The notes under the pieces were generated by a model, which was given only the letters and a program-made list of their open reading frames with translations, was not told the origin of the DNA and made no database searches. A DNA stretch of 64,000 bases, taken from positions 180,860-244,859 of the forward strand of contig DAIDBH010000006.1 in assembly GCA_027310185.1 (NCBI GenBank). The letters are read 5' to 3'. How positions within the stretch are numbered: the stretch's first letter is position 1; each line of letters opens with the position of its first letter. A program made the translations under genes and the position numbers. The stretch is from Thermoplasmatales archaeon (GTDB lineage Archaea > Thermoplasmatota > Thermoplasmata > Thermoplasmatales > Thermoplasmataceae). Below, piece after piece: positions 41,136 through 51,240 of this stretch.

Positions 41136-41254
41136 AATTTAGTTTAGTTTAATTTGGAATATTAATCTTATCGAAATTTGTGAGACCTGGTTTGATAACA
41201 AATATTGATCACATTTGAAAAAGGTTTATCTAAATGTAATGCGTTGTACCCTTA

Positions 41255-41983
41255 ATGAAATTAAAATCTAGTGTAAGCAACCTGAAGGAAGTTACAGATA
41301 TACTAAGTTCAATAACCAATGAAGCAAAGCTTGAGTTTGATAATGAGGGTTTGAAAGTGAGGGCAATTGATAGCGCTAGAATAGCTATGGTTGACCTTTT
41401 TGTTCCTAAGGAATCATTTTTAACATATGAAGTGGAGGAGAAGGTTGAAGTTTCGGTTGAACTGGACAAGATCAGAAATGTTCTGAGGCTTGCTTCCCAG
41501 TCCGATGACCTATTGTTGAGTATTTCCGGGACTAAAATGAAATTCTCCCTTGGAAATCTCACAAAAACAATCTCGACTCTTGATACCTTTGTGAACTCAC
41601 CAAAACTACCAAGTGTTGATCCGAAGAACTATGTTGTTATAAGAAAGGCAGATCTTGACAGGGGCTTGAGAGCAGCTACAGATGTGAGAGATTCAATTAA
41701 GTTTACGATAGAAGATAAGAGATTTGAAGCAACATCTAAGAGTGATTCTGAAGAAGTTGATCTTATAATAGACAACGATAACCTGATAGAAATCAAGGCA
41801 CAAGAAAAGGCTTCCAGCAGTTATCCACTTGACTATCTGAGCAAGATAATAAAGGCAGTAAGCTTTGCTGATACCTTGAAAATAGCGTTTAACAATGATT
41901 ATCCCCTTGTGATGGAATTCAACTTTGCAGGTAAAGATGGGATCAAGACGGCTAAGTTCCTCCTCGCACCAAGAATAGAGTAA
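41255..41983 (+). CDS. pcn: DNA polymerase sliding clamp PCNA
   Basis: GLKVRAIDSARIAMVDL, SSYPLDYL, DYPL, FLLAPRIE. Confidence 0.96.
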   Translation: MKLKSSVSNLKEVTDILSSITNEAKLEFDNEGLKVRAIDSARIAMVDLFVPKESFLTYEVEEKVEVSVELDKIRNVLRLASQSDDLLLSISGTKMKFSLGNLTKTISTLDTFVNSPKLPSVDPKNYVVIRKADLDRGLRAATDVRDSIKFTIEDKRFEATSKSDSEEVDLIIDNDNLIEIKAQEKASSSYPLDYLSKIIKAVSFADTLKIAFNNDYPLVMEFNFAGKDGIKTAKFLLAPRIE

Positions 41984-41992
41984 ACTAAAAAG

Positions 41993-42067
41993 CGGGCGCG
42001 AGGGGATTCGGACCCCTGATCTACAGCTTAGGAGGCTGTTGCCATATCCAGGCTTGGCCACGCGCCC
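41993..42067 (-). tRNA. tRNA-Arg(CCT)
   Basis: Acceptor GGGCGCG/CGCGCCC, anticodon arm ACAGC-CTCCTAA-GCTGT, T arm AGGGG-TCCGAAT-CCCCT. Confidence 0.92.
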
Positions 42068-42314
42068 TTTTATGTTTGAGACTTTATTCATATCTCATAC
42101 AATCTCCATTTCAAAAGTTTCCATTTTGAAACTTACTAAAATGGTACTTCGGTGGGATTAAATTCGTAATCTGAGCTTTAGATATTATATTTTCGAAATA
42201 TACCTGAAATATATCCCCGTTTCTCTTTAAAATTTTTTATTGAAATTAGAGCACTCAGTGAAAAAATTTATTAATTTATCATAAAGCTTAAGGTTGTATG
42301 AATAATCAAAGGTT

Positions 42315-43160
42315 ATGTTGGAAGGTACTCCATTTAAAAACAAGGGAGTGATCGTTACAGGAGGTGGAACAGGACTTGGTCAGTCTCTTTGCCTGAAGTT
42401 CTCACACTACGGTGCAAGAGTTTATACATTTGGCAGGACAGGGTCCACTCTTGAGGAAACGAAAAGAAAAGTCGTTGAATCTGGAGGTGAACTTAAACCT
42501 GAGGCCATTGATATAAGAAACTTTGATGCGGTAAGCGAGTTCGTTGATAATGCTTTCAGAGAGACTGAAATAGTAGGTCTTGTTAACAATGCTGCGGGTA
42601 ATTTTATATCACGGACAGAGGACCTGTCAATGAATGCCTTCAAGTCTGTCATTGATATAGTTTTGATGGGCTCTATTAACACTTCAGTTCAGGTATCGAA
42701 GAGATGGATTGAACGAAAGACAAGGGGAAGCATTGTAAATATCCTCACTTCCTATGCTGATACAGGTTCCGCATTTGTGGCCCCTTCAGCTGCAGCTAAG
42801 GGTGGGCTAAGATCATTTACCAGAAGTGTTGCTGTGGAGTGGGGTCCAAGAGGTATCAGAACGAATGGTGTTGCACCAGGGCCGTTCAAGACCAAGGGTG
42901 CTTGGAAAAACCTCATACCAGACGAAAGCTATGAAAAAATCCTTATGGAAAAAAATCCTATGAGGAGACTTGGAACTCCTGAAGAGATTTCAGAGCTTGT
43001 TTCATATCTTATAAGCGATTATTCTTCGTTTATAAATGGTGAGATCATAACAATAGATGGGGGAGAATGGATACAGGGTGCAGGACAGTTCAACATGCTC
43101 TCACAGCTTGACGATAATATGTGGGATATGATCAGAAAGAGCAGGGTGAAAAAAGAATGA
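42315..43160 (+). CDS. SDR oxidoreductase, 2,4-dienoyl-CoA reductase-like
   Basis: TGGGTGLG, NNAAGNF, SAAAKGG, AVEWG..GIR.N..APGPF. Confidence 0.88.
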   Translation: MLEGTPFKNKGVIVTGGGTGLGQSLCLKFSHYGARVYTFGRTGSTLEETKRKVVESGGELKPEAIDIRNFDAVSEFVDNAFRETEIVGLVNNAAGNFISRTEDLSMNAFKSVIDIVLMGSINTSVQVSKRWIERKTRGSIVNILTSYADTGSAFVAPSAAAKGGLRSFTRSVAVEWGPRGIRTNGVAPGPFKTKGAWKNLIPDESYEKILMEKNPMRRLGTPEEISELVSYLISDYSSFINGEIITIDGGEWIQGAGQFNMLSQLDDNMWDMIRKSRVKKE

Positions 43161-43633
43161 TGAGTATATATATAAACGGATGGGAAACAAATATGAAGTT
43201 TTCAGCTGCGCACTTCATTCCATATCATGATAAATGCAAAAGGTTGCATGGACATGACTATGCAATAGATATAAGGATAGAAGGCGAACTGCTGAACGGT
43301 ATGGTGGCTGACTTTGTTACTGTGAAAAAAGAAACGAGGAAATTACTCGAGGAGATTGACCATAAGCTCATACTTCCAGTACATGGTAAAGATATGGAAC
43401 AGGAAAAGGAAGGTGATCATTTTATAATAAAATACGAGGGAAAAACCATGTCAATACCTGAGGAATTTGTGTATCTATGCGATATAGATTACAGCAGCAG
43501 TGAGGAACTGTCAAAGTTTTTTGCAAGTGAGATAATCAAAAAAGTGAAATTTGAGAAGAATGTTAAATTAATTGAAGTTTCAGTTTATGAAGGCCCTGGA
43601 CAGAAAGCATCATGGAGTGAGAAGATTGGATAA
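43157..43633 (+). CDS. queD: 6-carboxytetrahydropterin synthase
   Basis: FSAAHF...KCKRLHGHDY, SSEE; adjacent to queC. Confidence 0.9.
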   Translation: MMSIYINGWETNMKFSAAHFIPYHDKCKRLHGHDYAIDIRIEGELLNGMVADFVTVKKETRKLLEEIDHKLILPVHGKDMEQEKEGDHFIIKYEGKTMSIPEEFVYLCDIDYSSSEELSKFFASEIIKKVKFEKNVKLIEVSVYEGPGQKASWSEKIG

Positions 43634-44336
43634 TGCAATTGTATTGATGTCAGGAGGATTGGATTCTACAACTGTTCTGTCATATGCCCTAAAGCATAAC
43701 TACAGTGTTACTGGGCTCAGTTTTGATTATGGTCAGAGGCACAGAAGGGAGCTTGAAGCCTCGAGGAAAATTGCTGAATTTTACAATATTCAGAGAATTG
43801 TGTTCAGGATTGATCTCAGGCAGATGGGTGGAAGTTCCCTTACGGGAGATGAGGCAGTTGAAGAGGGTAAACTTGAAAGAAATGAGGTGCCAAACACTTA
43901 CGTTCCAGGGAGGAATATACTTTTTTTGTCAGTAGCAGGTGCATATTCAGAATTAATAGGAGCAAAAACAATAATGATGGGTGTCAACTCAGTGGATTAT
44001 TCTGGCTATCCTGATTGCAGACCGGGTTTTATTAGCTCGATGGAACAGAGCCTTCAATATGGACTCGATAAAAAAGATTTGAAAATAGTGGCACCGTTGC
44101 AGTACCTGGATAAGGGAGAAATAATAACTATGGGAAAGAAGAATAACGCGCCATATGAACTCACATATTCATGCTATAATGGGAGGGAAAAAGCGTGTGG
44201 AAAGTGTGACTCATGCCTCTTAAGATTGAGAGGCTTTATGGAAGCAGGGGAGATTGACCCAGTTCCCTATGAAGCGTATCCCGAATTTTACTCAGAATAT
44301 CTAAGAAACAAAAAAGTGTGGAAGAATAATAAATAG
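43626..44336 (+). CDS. queC: 7-cyano-7-deazaguanine synthase
   Basis: SGGLDSTT, YGQRH, TYVPGRN, GYPDCR, TYSCY, CGKCDSC. Confidence 0.96.
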   Translation: MDNAIVLMSGGLDSTTVLSYALKHNYSVTGLSFDYGQRHRRELEASRKIAEFYNIQRIVFRIDLRQMGGSSLTGDEAVEEGKLERNEVPNTYVPGRNILFLSVAGAYSELIGAKTIMMGVNSVDYSGYPDCRPGFISSMEQSLQYGLDKKDLKIVAPLQYLDKGEIITMGKKNNAPYELTYSCYNGREKACGKCDSCLLRLRGFMEAGEIDPVPYEAYPEFYSEYLRNKKVWKNNK

Positions 44337-44340
44337 ATTA

Positions 44341-45306
44341 TTATTTCGACAGGAACTGATCTACTTTATCTGCATTCCCTTTTACTGAAGCGACTGTCTT
44401 GTTCCAAAGCTCCTTCTCTTCTGGTGTGAAGTTAATATCAAAGATTCTCTCCACTCCATTTTTGCCTATAAGAATTGGAAGTCCTATGAACAGCCCCTGA
44501 GCTGAATAGTGTTTTGCTGTTTTTTCATCGACAAATGATGCACAGGGTATCATTCTTCTCCTATCTTTTACTATTGATTCTACCATTGCGGTTATTGCTA
44601 TACCTGGTGCATAGTAAGCGCTTCCTGTCTTGAGGTAATCTACTATTTCACCTCCTCCAAATCTCGTCCTCTTTACAATTTCATCTATTTTTTCTTTGCT
44701 TAGAAGATCTGTTATTGGAATACCGCCTACAGAAGAATACCTGATAAATGGGACCATATCATCTCCGTGACCGCCGATGACAAATGCGTTTACATCCTGA
44801 ACTGATGCGTTGAGTTCCATTGCGAGGAATGTCCTGAACCTTGAACTGTCTAGTGAGCCACCTAGACCTATTATCCTCTTTGGATCTATTCCGCTGACCT
44901 TCTGAAAAGCGTAAGCCATGGTATCAGCCGGGTTTGACACTATTACAATTACAGATTCCGGGGAATATTTCTTGACATTTTTTGCAACATCAGCTATTAT
45001 TGCTATGTTTTTTGCAAGCAGATCATCTCTGCTCATTCCTGGCTTTCTTGCAAGTCCGGCAGTTATAACAATAACATCAGAGCCCTTCATATTCTCATAA
45101 TTCTTCGGATCAACAGTAGTAAATCCCTTAATATTCAGATCTGTACCCCAGTGAGGTGTGCCCTCCATCATATCGAGTGCTTTTCCTTCTGGAATTCCAT
45201 CAACCACATCAAATAAATAGACATCACCAAGGTCCTTCAGCGCAATAAATTGTGCAACTGTAGCTCCAACATTTCCCGCTCCTATTACGGATATTTTAGA
45301 TCTCAT
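44341..45306 (-). CDS. mdh: Malate dehydrogenase (LDH-like)
   Basis: GAGNVG, TAGLARKPGMSRDDL, LDSSRF, GGHGD. Confidence 0.95.
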   Translation of the reverse strand: MRSKISVIGAGNVGATVAQFIALKDLGDVYLFDVVDGIPEGKALDMMEGTPHWGTDLNIKGFTTVDPKNYENMKGSDVIVITAGLARKPGMSRDDLLAKNIAIIADVAKNVKKYSPESVIVIVSNPADTMAYAFQKVSGIDPKRIIGLGGSLDSSRFRTFLAMELNASVQDVNAFVIGGHGDDMVPFIRYSSVGGIPITDLLSKEKIDEIVKRTRFGGGEIVDYLKTGSAYYAPGIAITAMVESIVKDRRRMIPCASFVDEKTAKHYSAQGLFIGLPILIGKNGVERIFDINFTPEEKELWNKTVASVKGNADKVDQFLSK

Positions 45307-45433
45307 GCTGTCAGTATTACTTTAAGGGTTAAATGGTTATTTATCTTTTTATAATACTAGCTAATCTTATATTAGACTTTTTTAATCTTTGAACCTCATG
45401 AAAGAATTTATCAAATCTAATAAATGTTTCACC

Positions 45434-45530
45434 GTGACCTCCTTTCCCACCCTCGCAGTGAGCTTCCCGTTTCAGAGGTTGCTAGAAAAATCTCCACGGG
45501 CTTGAATTCCCCTCAGTCCGAAGGTACTGT
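45434..45530 (-). ncRNA. Orphan omegaRNA-like scaffold
   Basis: AATTCAAGCCCGTGGA...TCTGAAACGGGAAGC parallels AATTCACGCCTGTGGA...TATGAATCAGGAACC of the intact element, with compensatory changes. Confidence 0.6.
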
Positions 45531-45669
45531 GTCCTTCATACTAAGCCATCTAACTTTACGGCTGCACGCACGCATGAAACAATATGCTATCCGACATTTT
45601 TCACTTCTTTCTGCAGGCACACATCAAAATATCCCATCCTGCAAAAATAGGAGTTCCCGCTCGTGCATT
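45434..45669 (-). mobile_element. Non-autonomous IS200/IS605 derivative (PATE-like; tnpB deleted)
   Basis: Minus strand: TTTAA|AATGCACGAGCGGGAA left end with degenerate hairpin; remnant 'VPSD*GEFKPVE' of a TnpB tail; right end GAAGC..hairpin..GGAGGTCAC; GC-richer than flanks. Confidence 0.72.
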
Positions 45670-45931
45670 TTAAAACAATTTTTAGAAGGGTGCGTAAAAC
45701 ACCTTTTGATAATAGTAATATAGTTGATTCTAATACATCTACCAATAATATAGTAATACCAACCTATTCCAGTACTAATTGGCATGGATATGTCTGATAT
45801 CATGTTGATTTCAAAATATAGGTATTTAGGTTGTACTGTAAAATTTAAAACCAAAATGTTTAAATCCAATTTAAATTACACATAACAGTATTGCGAACCA
45901 AGTTCAATGCAAGATAAGAGGTTAAAACTTA

Positions 45932-47380
45932 ATGGAAGATCCATTTGAAGTGTTTCGGGATTTCTTTAACCAGAAATTTGGAAAGTCACTTATAATCAAG
46001 GGCAGACCCGGTACGGGTAAGACAACATTCAGTCTTGAATTAGCATCCCGCTTATATGAAAGCCAACCAATACATTTTCTTTCCTCAAGATTCAACGACG
46101 AACCACTGAAGGATGCTTTTCCCTTTATAGAACAGATTTCTTATAGAATTAATAAAGAAAATTTTTCGTATACTGAAGATTTTAAATATGTAAGTACTGA
46201 ATCGCTTAAAAAACTTGAAAAACTCCTCGAAGAGAAAAACCTTAATTCTGATTTCACAGGCTCCAGTGGATTAATATTTGATATAAAGGAGGTTATACCT
46301 GAGCTCAATGCCATTTACACATTTGTAGAGAAAAATTTTGAACTGGGTCCTGTTGTAATTCTGGACTCAATTGAGGCTATTGCGCAGAAATACAGTATTG
46401 ATGAAACTACATTATTCAGCATATTACAGAATGATCTGGTTGAAAAGAGTGGAGCTGGACTCATTGTTGTTTTGGAGTCGACACAGAACGATAAACTGGA
46501 ATATTTTTCTGATGGAGTTATCAGCCTTAGCATGGAAATAGACAGGAATTACATGATCAGGTATATGAGAATTGAAAAATTAAGAGGTTTATCCCTTGGT
46601 TCTACCCCTTTCTTTTCATACTCCCTCCTGAATGGAAGATTTACATTATTTCCAATAATTTCAGTGTCTTACCCTACCCAGAAGGTACCGGTATTTTCTG
46701 ACATTGGGGAGAACAAAGACGCTGTAGACATGGGAGTTTCAGCAATTTCGAAGGTGCTTCCAATGAACAAGAGAACAGTAGACATTGGTTCTCTTGTACT
46801 GATTCATCGAATGGAAATATCTGACAGGACAGACATTGCCGTAAATCTGATTAAGAATTCTCTCGTTAGGCGAACTATATCTGAGGGAAGAGGAGTGATA
46901 GATGTATCCTCAAGCAGTTATGAATCAGCAAAAATATTGAATCTGACTATGGAACCGGAACAGCTGAAGCATTATATAACTGCAGAAAAAACAAAAAGAA
47001 CAAATCCCTCCGTCATAAATCTCGAAGGAGCAAAAATGACAGAGGATTTTACAAGTGAGGCAATAGAGTATTTTACGGGTTCATCCAAAAGACCTAACGT
47101 TTATATTTTTTCCACAGACTTCCTAAATTTTACCTACGGTGAAAATTTCATAGGTGATTTCCTTACTATATTGAATGAAATACGTCTTACAGGTACAATA
47201 TTCATGATATGCGATGAAGATTTTTACAAGAAATTGAGTCATCATGCAACATTCTCCCTGCACCTTCGGGATAAAGATGGATTTATCTTCCTTAATTCTG
47301 GTGGAAATAAGCACTTTTCTGTGCAGTCTCTGGTTGATCAGAGCGGATGGCCTTCCTATGATCTCATAGAGTCTGTCTGA
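45932..47380 (+). CDS. KaiC/GvpD-like RecA-superfamily ATPase (intact N-terminal domain, degenerate second domain)
   Basis: IKGRPGTGKTT Walker A, VILDS Walker B, DGVISL...IEKLRG. Confidence 0.8.
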   Translation: MEDPFEVFRDFFNQKFGKSLIIKGRPGTGKTTFSLELASRLYESQPIHFLSSRFNDEPLKDAFPFIEQISYRINKENFSYTEDFKYVSTESLKKLEKLLEEKNLNSDFTGSSGLIFDIKEVIPELNAIYTFVEKNFELGPVVILDSIEAIAQKYSIDETTLFSILQNDLVEKSGAGLIVVLESTQNDKLEYFSDGVISLSMEIDRNYMIRYMRIEKLRGLSLGSTPFFSYSLLNGRFTLFPIISVSYPTQKVPVFSDIGENKDAVDMGVSAISKVLPMNKRTVDIGSLVLIHRMEISDRTDIAVNLIKNSLVRRTISEGRGVIDVSSSSYESAKILNLTMEPEQLKHYITAEKTKRTNPSVINLEGAKMTEDFTSEAIEYFTGSSKRPNVYIFSTDFLNFTYGENFIGDFLTILNEIRLTGTIFMICDEDFYKKLSHHATFSLHLRDKDGFIFLNSGGNKHFSVQSLVDQSGWPSYDLIESV

Positions 47381-47447
47381 AAATTTCATTTTTATATTTC
47401 ATCGTTTCCAATTACAAGGTTATTATAATCGACAGTCATTTGCTTAT

Positions 47448-48416
47448 ATGTTTCCAGAGTACAGACCAAGAAGACTCAGGGAGAACCAAATTTTGAGAAA
47501 CTTGACGGGAGAGACGAAACTCAGCCTGGACAGGCTGATCATGCCCATTTTTATAGATGAAACATTGATTGAACCTAAGGAAATAGGGAGCCTGCCAGGC
47601 ATATTCACGCAGACGCTAGACAGCATTGATGAATATGCTAAACGTTTGAAAAAGATTGGCATAAACACTGTACTGTTGTTTGGCATTCCTGAAAATAAGG
47701 ACAGTGAGGGTTCCCAGTCTTTTGCGGAAGACGGTGTTATACAGAGAAGCATTAAGTCATTCAGGGATAGTGGACTTCTTGTCGTCACCGATCTATGCAT
47801 GTGTGAATATACAGACCATGGCCACTGTGGTATTCTAAGAGGGAAAGAAGTATGGAATGATAAGACACTTGACTACTATGGGAAAATTGCGGTGAGTCAG
47901 GCAGAGGCTGGGTCTAATATTATAGCTCCAAGTGGTATGATGGATGGCCAGGTAGGTGCAATTAGAAATGCATTGGATGGGAGCGGTTTTGAGAATATTC
48001 CCATAATGGCATATTCGGCGAAATATGCTTCTTCACTTTACGGGCCTTTCAGGGATGCAGCAAAATCTACTCCGTCTTTCGGAGATAGAAAAACATACCA
48101 GATGGACCCGGCAAATATAAAAGAAGCTATGAGGGAAATTGAGCTTGATATAGAAGAGGGGGCAGATATCATTATGGTTAAGCCTTCACTGTTTTATATG
48201 GATGTAATAAGGGAGGCGTCTACCTTATTCAATAGACCTCTGGCAGCCTACGGAGTCAGCGGTGAATATAACATGATAATTAATGCAGTGAAAAATGGCT
48301 TCATATCAGAGTCCGCCATAAATGAATATGTTACCTCTGTATTCAGGGCAGGTGCTGATATGTTCATAACATATTTTGCAGAATCTATGGCAGAGGGAAA
48401 GAAGAGAAAGATTTAA
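47448..48416 (+). CDS. hemB: Porphobilinogen synthase
   Basis: RPRRLR, DLCMCEYTDHGHCG, APSGMMDG, YGPFRDA, MVKP. Confidence 0.97.
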   Translation: MFPEYRPRRLRENQILRNLTGETKLSLDRLIMPIFIDETLIEPKEIGSLPGIFTQTLDSIDEYAKRLKKIGINTVLLFGIPENKDSEGSQSFAEDGVIQRSIKSFRDSGLLVVTDLCMCEYTDHGHCGILRGKEVWNDKTLDYYGKIAVSQAEAGSNIIAPSGMMDGQVGAIRNALDGSGFENIPIMAYSAKYASSLYGPFRDAAKSTPSFGDRKTYQMDPANIKEAMREIELDIEEGADIIMVKPSLFYMDVIREASTLFNRPLAAYGVSGEYNMIINAVKNGFISESAINEYVTSVFRAGADMFITYFAESMAEGKKRKI

Positions 48417-48448
48417 ATGAATTTTGAAAATGTGAGAGTGATAAAATA

Positions 48449-50209
48449 ATGAAATTGGGATATATATTAGAAATGCGGGAACCCCAAAACGGCTTCTTTC
48501 AGGTTACAATGAACATTGACTCAGTGTCAGAAGATATAACTATGTTAACAATGCCTGCATGGACACCGGGCTCCTATGCCATAAGGGATTATGCCAGGAA
48601 CGTTAGAATGCTGAGAGCCAGAACACCAGAAAATGAAAATATAGAAATTCAGAGAAAGGATAAATCCACGTGGAAATTAATAAACGGAAATAATAAGACA
48701 TTCAGTGTTTCATATGAGGTATATGCTGGAGAATTCTCAGTAAGAGGAAGTCATCTGGATACAACCCACGGATATCTCAATGGAACAAACGTTTTCATGT
48801 ATATAGAAGGATATAAGGATCAATCCATAGAGTTGATCATCAAGCCATATGAGGACTGGAAGGTTTCTACCGGTCTTGAAAAAATTGGTGACAACAGGTT
48901 CAGGGCAACAAACTATGATATATTTGCCGACTCCCCAATAGAGATAGGAAAGCACCGTTCTCTGCTTTTCACTGTAGATGGAAGGGAGCACGAAATTGCG
49001 CTCTATGGAAAGGGAAACGAGAATACAGATAAACTTGTGGAAGATGTCAGGAAAATAGTGGAAACATCCAGAACAATATTCGGGAACCTCCCCTATAAAA
49101 GGTATGTGTTCATAATGCACCTTACTGATAGAGGGTCTGGTGGTCTGGAGCACCTGAACTCAAACACCATAGATTTCAACAGATTTGCATTTGGGGACAA
49201 AAGGGATTACCAGTCATTTCTTTCAGTTGTTTCGCACGAGTATTTTCACCTGTGGAATGTAAAGCGGATCAGGCCTGTTGAACTCGGCCCGTTTAATTAC
49301 AGAGAGGAGAATTACAGTACATTGCTCTGGGTATCTGAGGGGATCACTAACTTTTATGCATATATAATCCTGCTCAGGAGTGGAATTATTTCAAGAGAAG
49401 AGTATTTCAAGCATATATCAGAGGTTTTCAGGGCATATGATATGACCCCTGGAACCAGGTATGAATCTGCATCCGAATCTTCCTTTGACGCGTGGATAAA
49501 GCTATACCGTGAATCCCCAAATAACCTGAACAGTTATGTTTCCTATTACCTGAAGGGAGAAATACTTGGCTTCATGATAAGTTCAAGGATATGCGAATAT
49601 ACAAAGGGCCAGAAAAGTCTTGATGATGTATTCAGGCATATGATAGAAAAATACAACAAGGATGGCCGTGGATTCAATGAAAAAGACCTGCTGACTACAC
49701 TGTCTGAGGTATCATCCCTGGATTTTGGACCATTCTTTGCAAAATATGTGAGGGGTACAGATAGTATTGATTTTGTATCAGAACTGAAGAAAATAGGGAT
49801 GGTTCTGGAGGAAAAATATGATGGACTGGATAAGGGATACAACCAGACGCTTCCATTTCTTGGATTAATTGTTAAAAAGGATAAGACCACAGTATATTCT
49901 GTTATGGAAGATTCTCCAGGTCAGAAGGCTGGAGTTATGCCCGAAGATGAGATAGTTGCAATAGACAGTTTCAGGATGGACTCAAGATTTCTGAAACCAT
50001 TGAGAGAAAGAGGGGAATCTATGTTTATCGACGGCCTGAAAGATTATAAACCTGGAGACAGAATCAGGATACATCTTTTCCGAAGAGGGTTGCTTGACAG
50101 GGTGGAAGCTACTCTCGGTGAGGCTCCAAAGGACCTTTATGAGATCAGGGATTCCGAAGGGCCAGATGAAGCCATCTCAAGAATCAGGGAGAAATTTCTT
50201 ATGGGATAA
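48449..50209 (+). CDS. M61 glycyl aminopeptidase with PDZ domain
   Basis: MPAWTPGSY, GGLEH, SHEYFHLWNVKRIRP, LWVSEG.T, SYYLKG, DSPGQKAG. Confidence 0.93.
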   Translation: MKLGYILEMREPQNGFFQVTMNIDSVSEDITMLTMPAWTPGSYAIRDYARNVRMLRARTPENENIEIQRKDKSTWKLINGNNKTFSVSYEVYAGEFSVRGSHLDTTHGYLNGTNVFMYIEGYKDQSIELIIKPYEDWKVSTGLEKIGDNRFRATNYDIFADSPIEIGKHRSLLFTVDGREHEIALYGKGNENTDKLVEDVRKIVETSRTIFGNLPYKRYVFIMHLTDRGSGGLEHLNSNTIDFNRFAFGDKRDYQSFLSVVSHEYFHLWNVKRIRPVELGPFNYREENYSTLLWVSEGITNFYAYIILLRSGIISREEYFKHISEVFRAYDMTPGTRYESASESSFDAWIKLYRESPNNLNSYVSYYLKGEILGFMISSRICEYTKGQKSLDDVFRHMIEKYNKDGRGFNEKDLLTTLSEVSSLDFGPFFAKYVRGTDSIDFVSELKKIGMVLEEKYDGLDKGYNQTLPFLGLIVKKDKTTVYSVMEDSPGQKAGVMPEDEIVAIDSFRMDSRFLKPLRERGESMFIDGLKDYKPGDRIRIHLFRRGLLDRVEATLGEAPKDLYEIRDSEGPDEAISRIREKFLMG

Positions 50210-50283
50210 TGGATGGATAATTAATTAAAATTGCAGTAAATAAAAATAAAACTAATATATGAGTTTAGCAATTTACATGCTCA

Positions 50284-51240
50284 GTGGAAGACTATCGTAC
50301 CTGGGCAAACAGGAATTTGATGACAATTCTGAGGGCAAATGACTATTTACCAATCGAGATTGATATGGAAGGGTCACTCAGCTTTGATATTTTAGCTAAG
50401 GGTAGTGAGGAGACTGTCATCCTAAAAAGTGTTTATAACGTAGATACACTGAAAATCGACATGGCTTCAGAATTGTACAGATTATCAACCAGCATGGACC
50501 TTGTTCCGATTATTATTGGTTACAGATCAGGGTCGGGAGAACTTGAAGATAACGTAATGTACTTCAGGCACAAAATCCCAATCATGACTATTGAAACTTT
50601 CAGAGAATATGTGAAAGGTAACAGGCCAACAATGTATTCAGGTCCTGGTGGATATTACGTGAATATTGATGGGAAAAAAATGCAGGAACTCAGGGCAAAA
50701 AAGGGCTGTTCTATAGGCTATGTATCAGGAAAAATTGGTATATCAAGAAGATCTATTTCACTGTATGAAACGGGCAATTCTACAACACTCGATGTGTTTA
50801 ATAAATTAAGGGCGCTTCTTGGGGAGGACATCAGCAGAAGCATAGACCTGAGAGAAACACTGAGGGAGACCAAACTTGACAATGCTTCAGAAGAGTCTGA
50901 CAATGAATTCATAAAAGGCATAAGACAGGTGATGGGAGGCTTTGGAATGATTACCGAATTCTTCAGGAAACTCCCATTCGATGCGCTAAGTGAAGAACAG
51001 TCAGATTTGGTATACATAATGGGAATTTCAGAAAAGAATAAATTTGAAACAAAAAAGATAGCCTACATAAGAAACATTTGCAATATTCTTGAGAAAGAGC
51101 CAGTGCTTATTTCAACAACGGATACCTCAAGGGAGATAATAGGAGGATGCAGCGTCATAACTTTCAAGGAATTACTTGAACTGGGAAGCCTGGAAAATTT
51201 CCAGAAGCGTATAGAGAAAATTAAAGAGAGTATTCAGTAA
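50284..51240 (+). CDS. Archaeal HTH transcriptional regulator (COG1395-like)
   Basis: SFDILA, GPGGYYVNIDG, GISRRSISLYETG, PFDA. Confidence 0.85.
   Translation: MEDYRTWANRNLMTILRANDYLPIEIDMEGSLSFDILAKGSEETVILKSVYNVDTLKIDMASELYRLSTSMDLVPIIIGYRSGSGELEDNVMYFRHKIPIMTIETFREYVKGNRPTMYSGPGGYYVNIDGKKMQELRAKKGCSIGYVSGKIGISRRSISLYETGNSTTLDVFNKLRALLGEDISRSIDLRETLRETKLDNASEESDNEFIKGIRQVMGGFGMITEFFRKLPFDALSEEQSDLVYIMGISEKNKFETKKIAYIRNICNILEKEPVLISTTDTSREIIGGCSVITFKELLELGSLENFQKRIEKIKESIQ

Noticed and set aside
45424-45869. ORFs 45424..45723 (+) and 45624..45869 (-)
   Set aside because: Overlap the IS-derived element and AT-rich flank; no protein-like features
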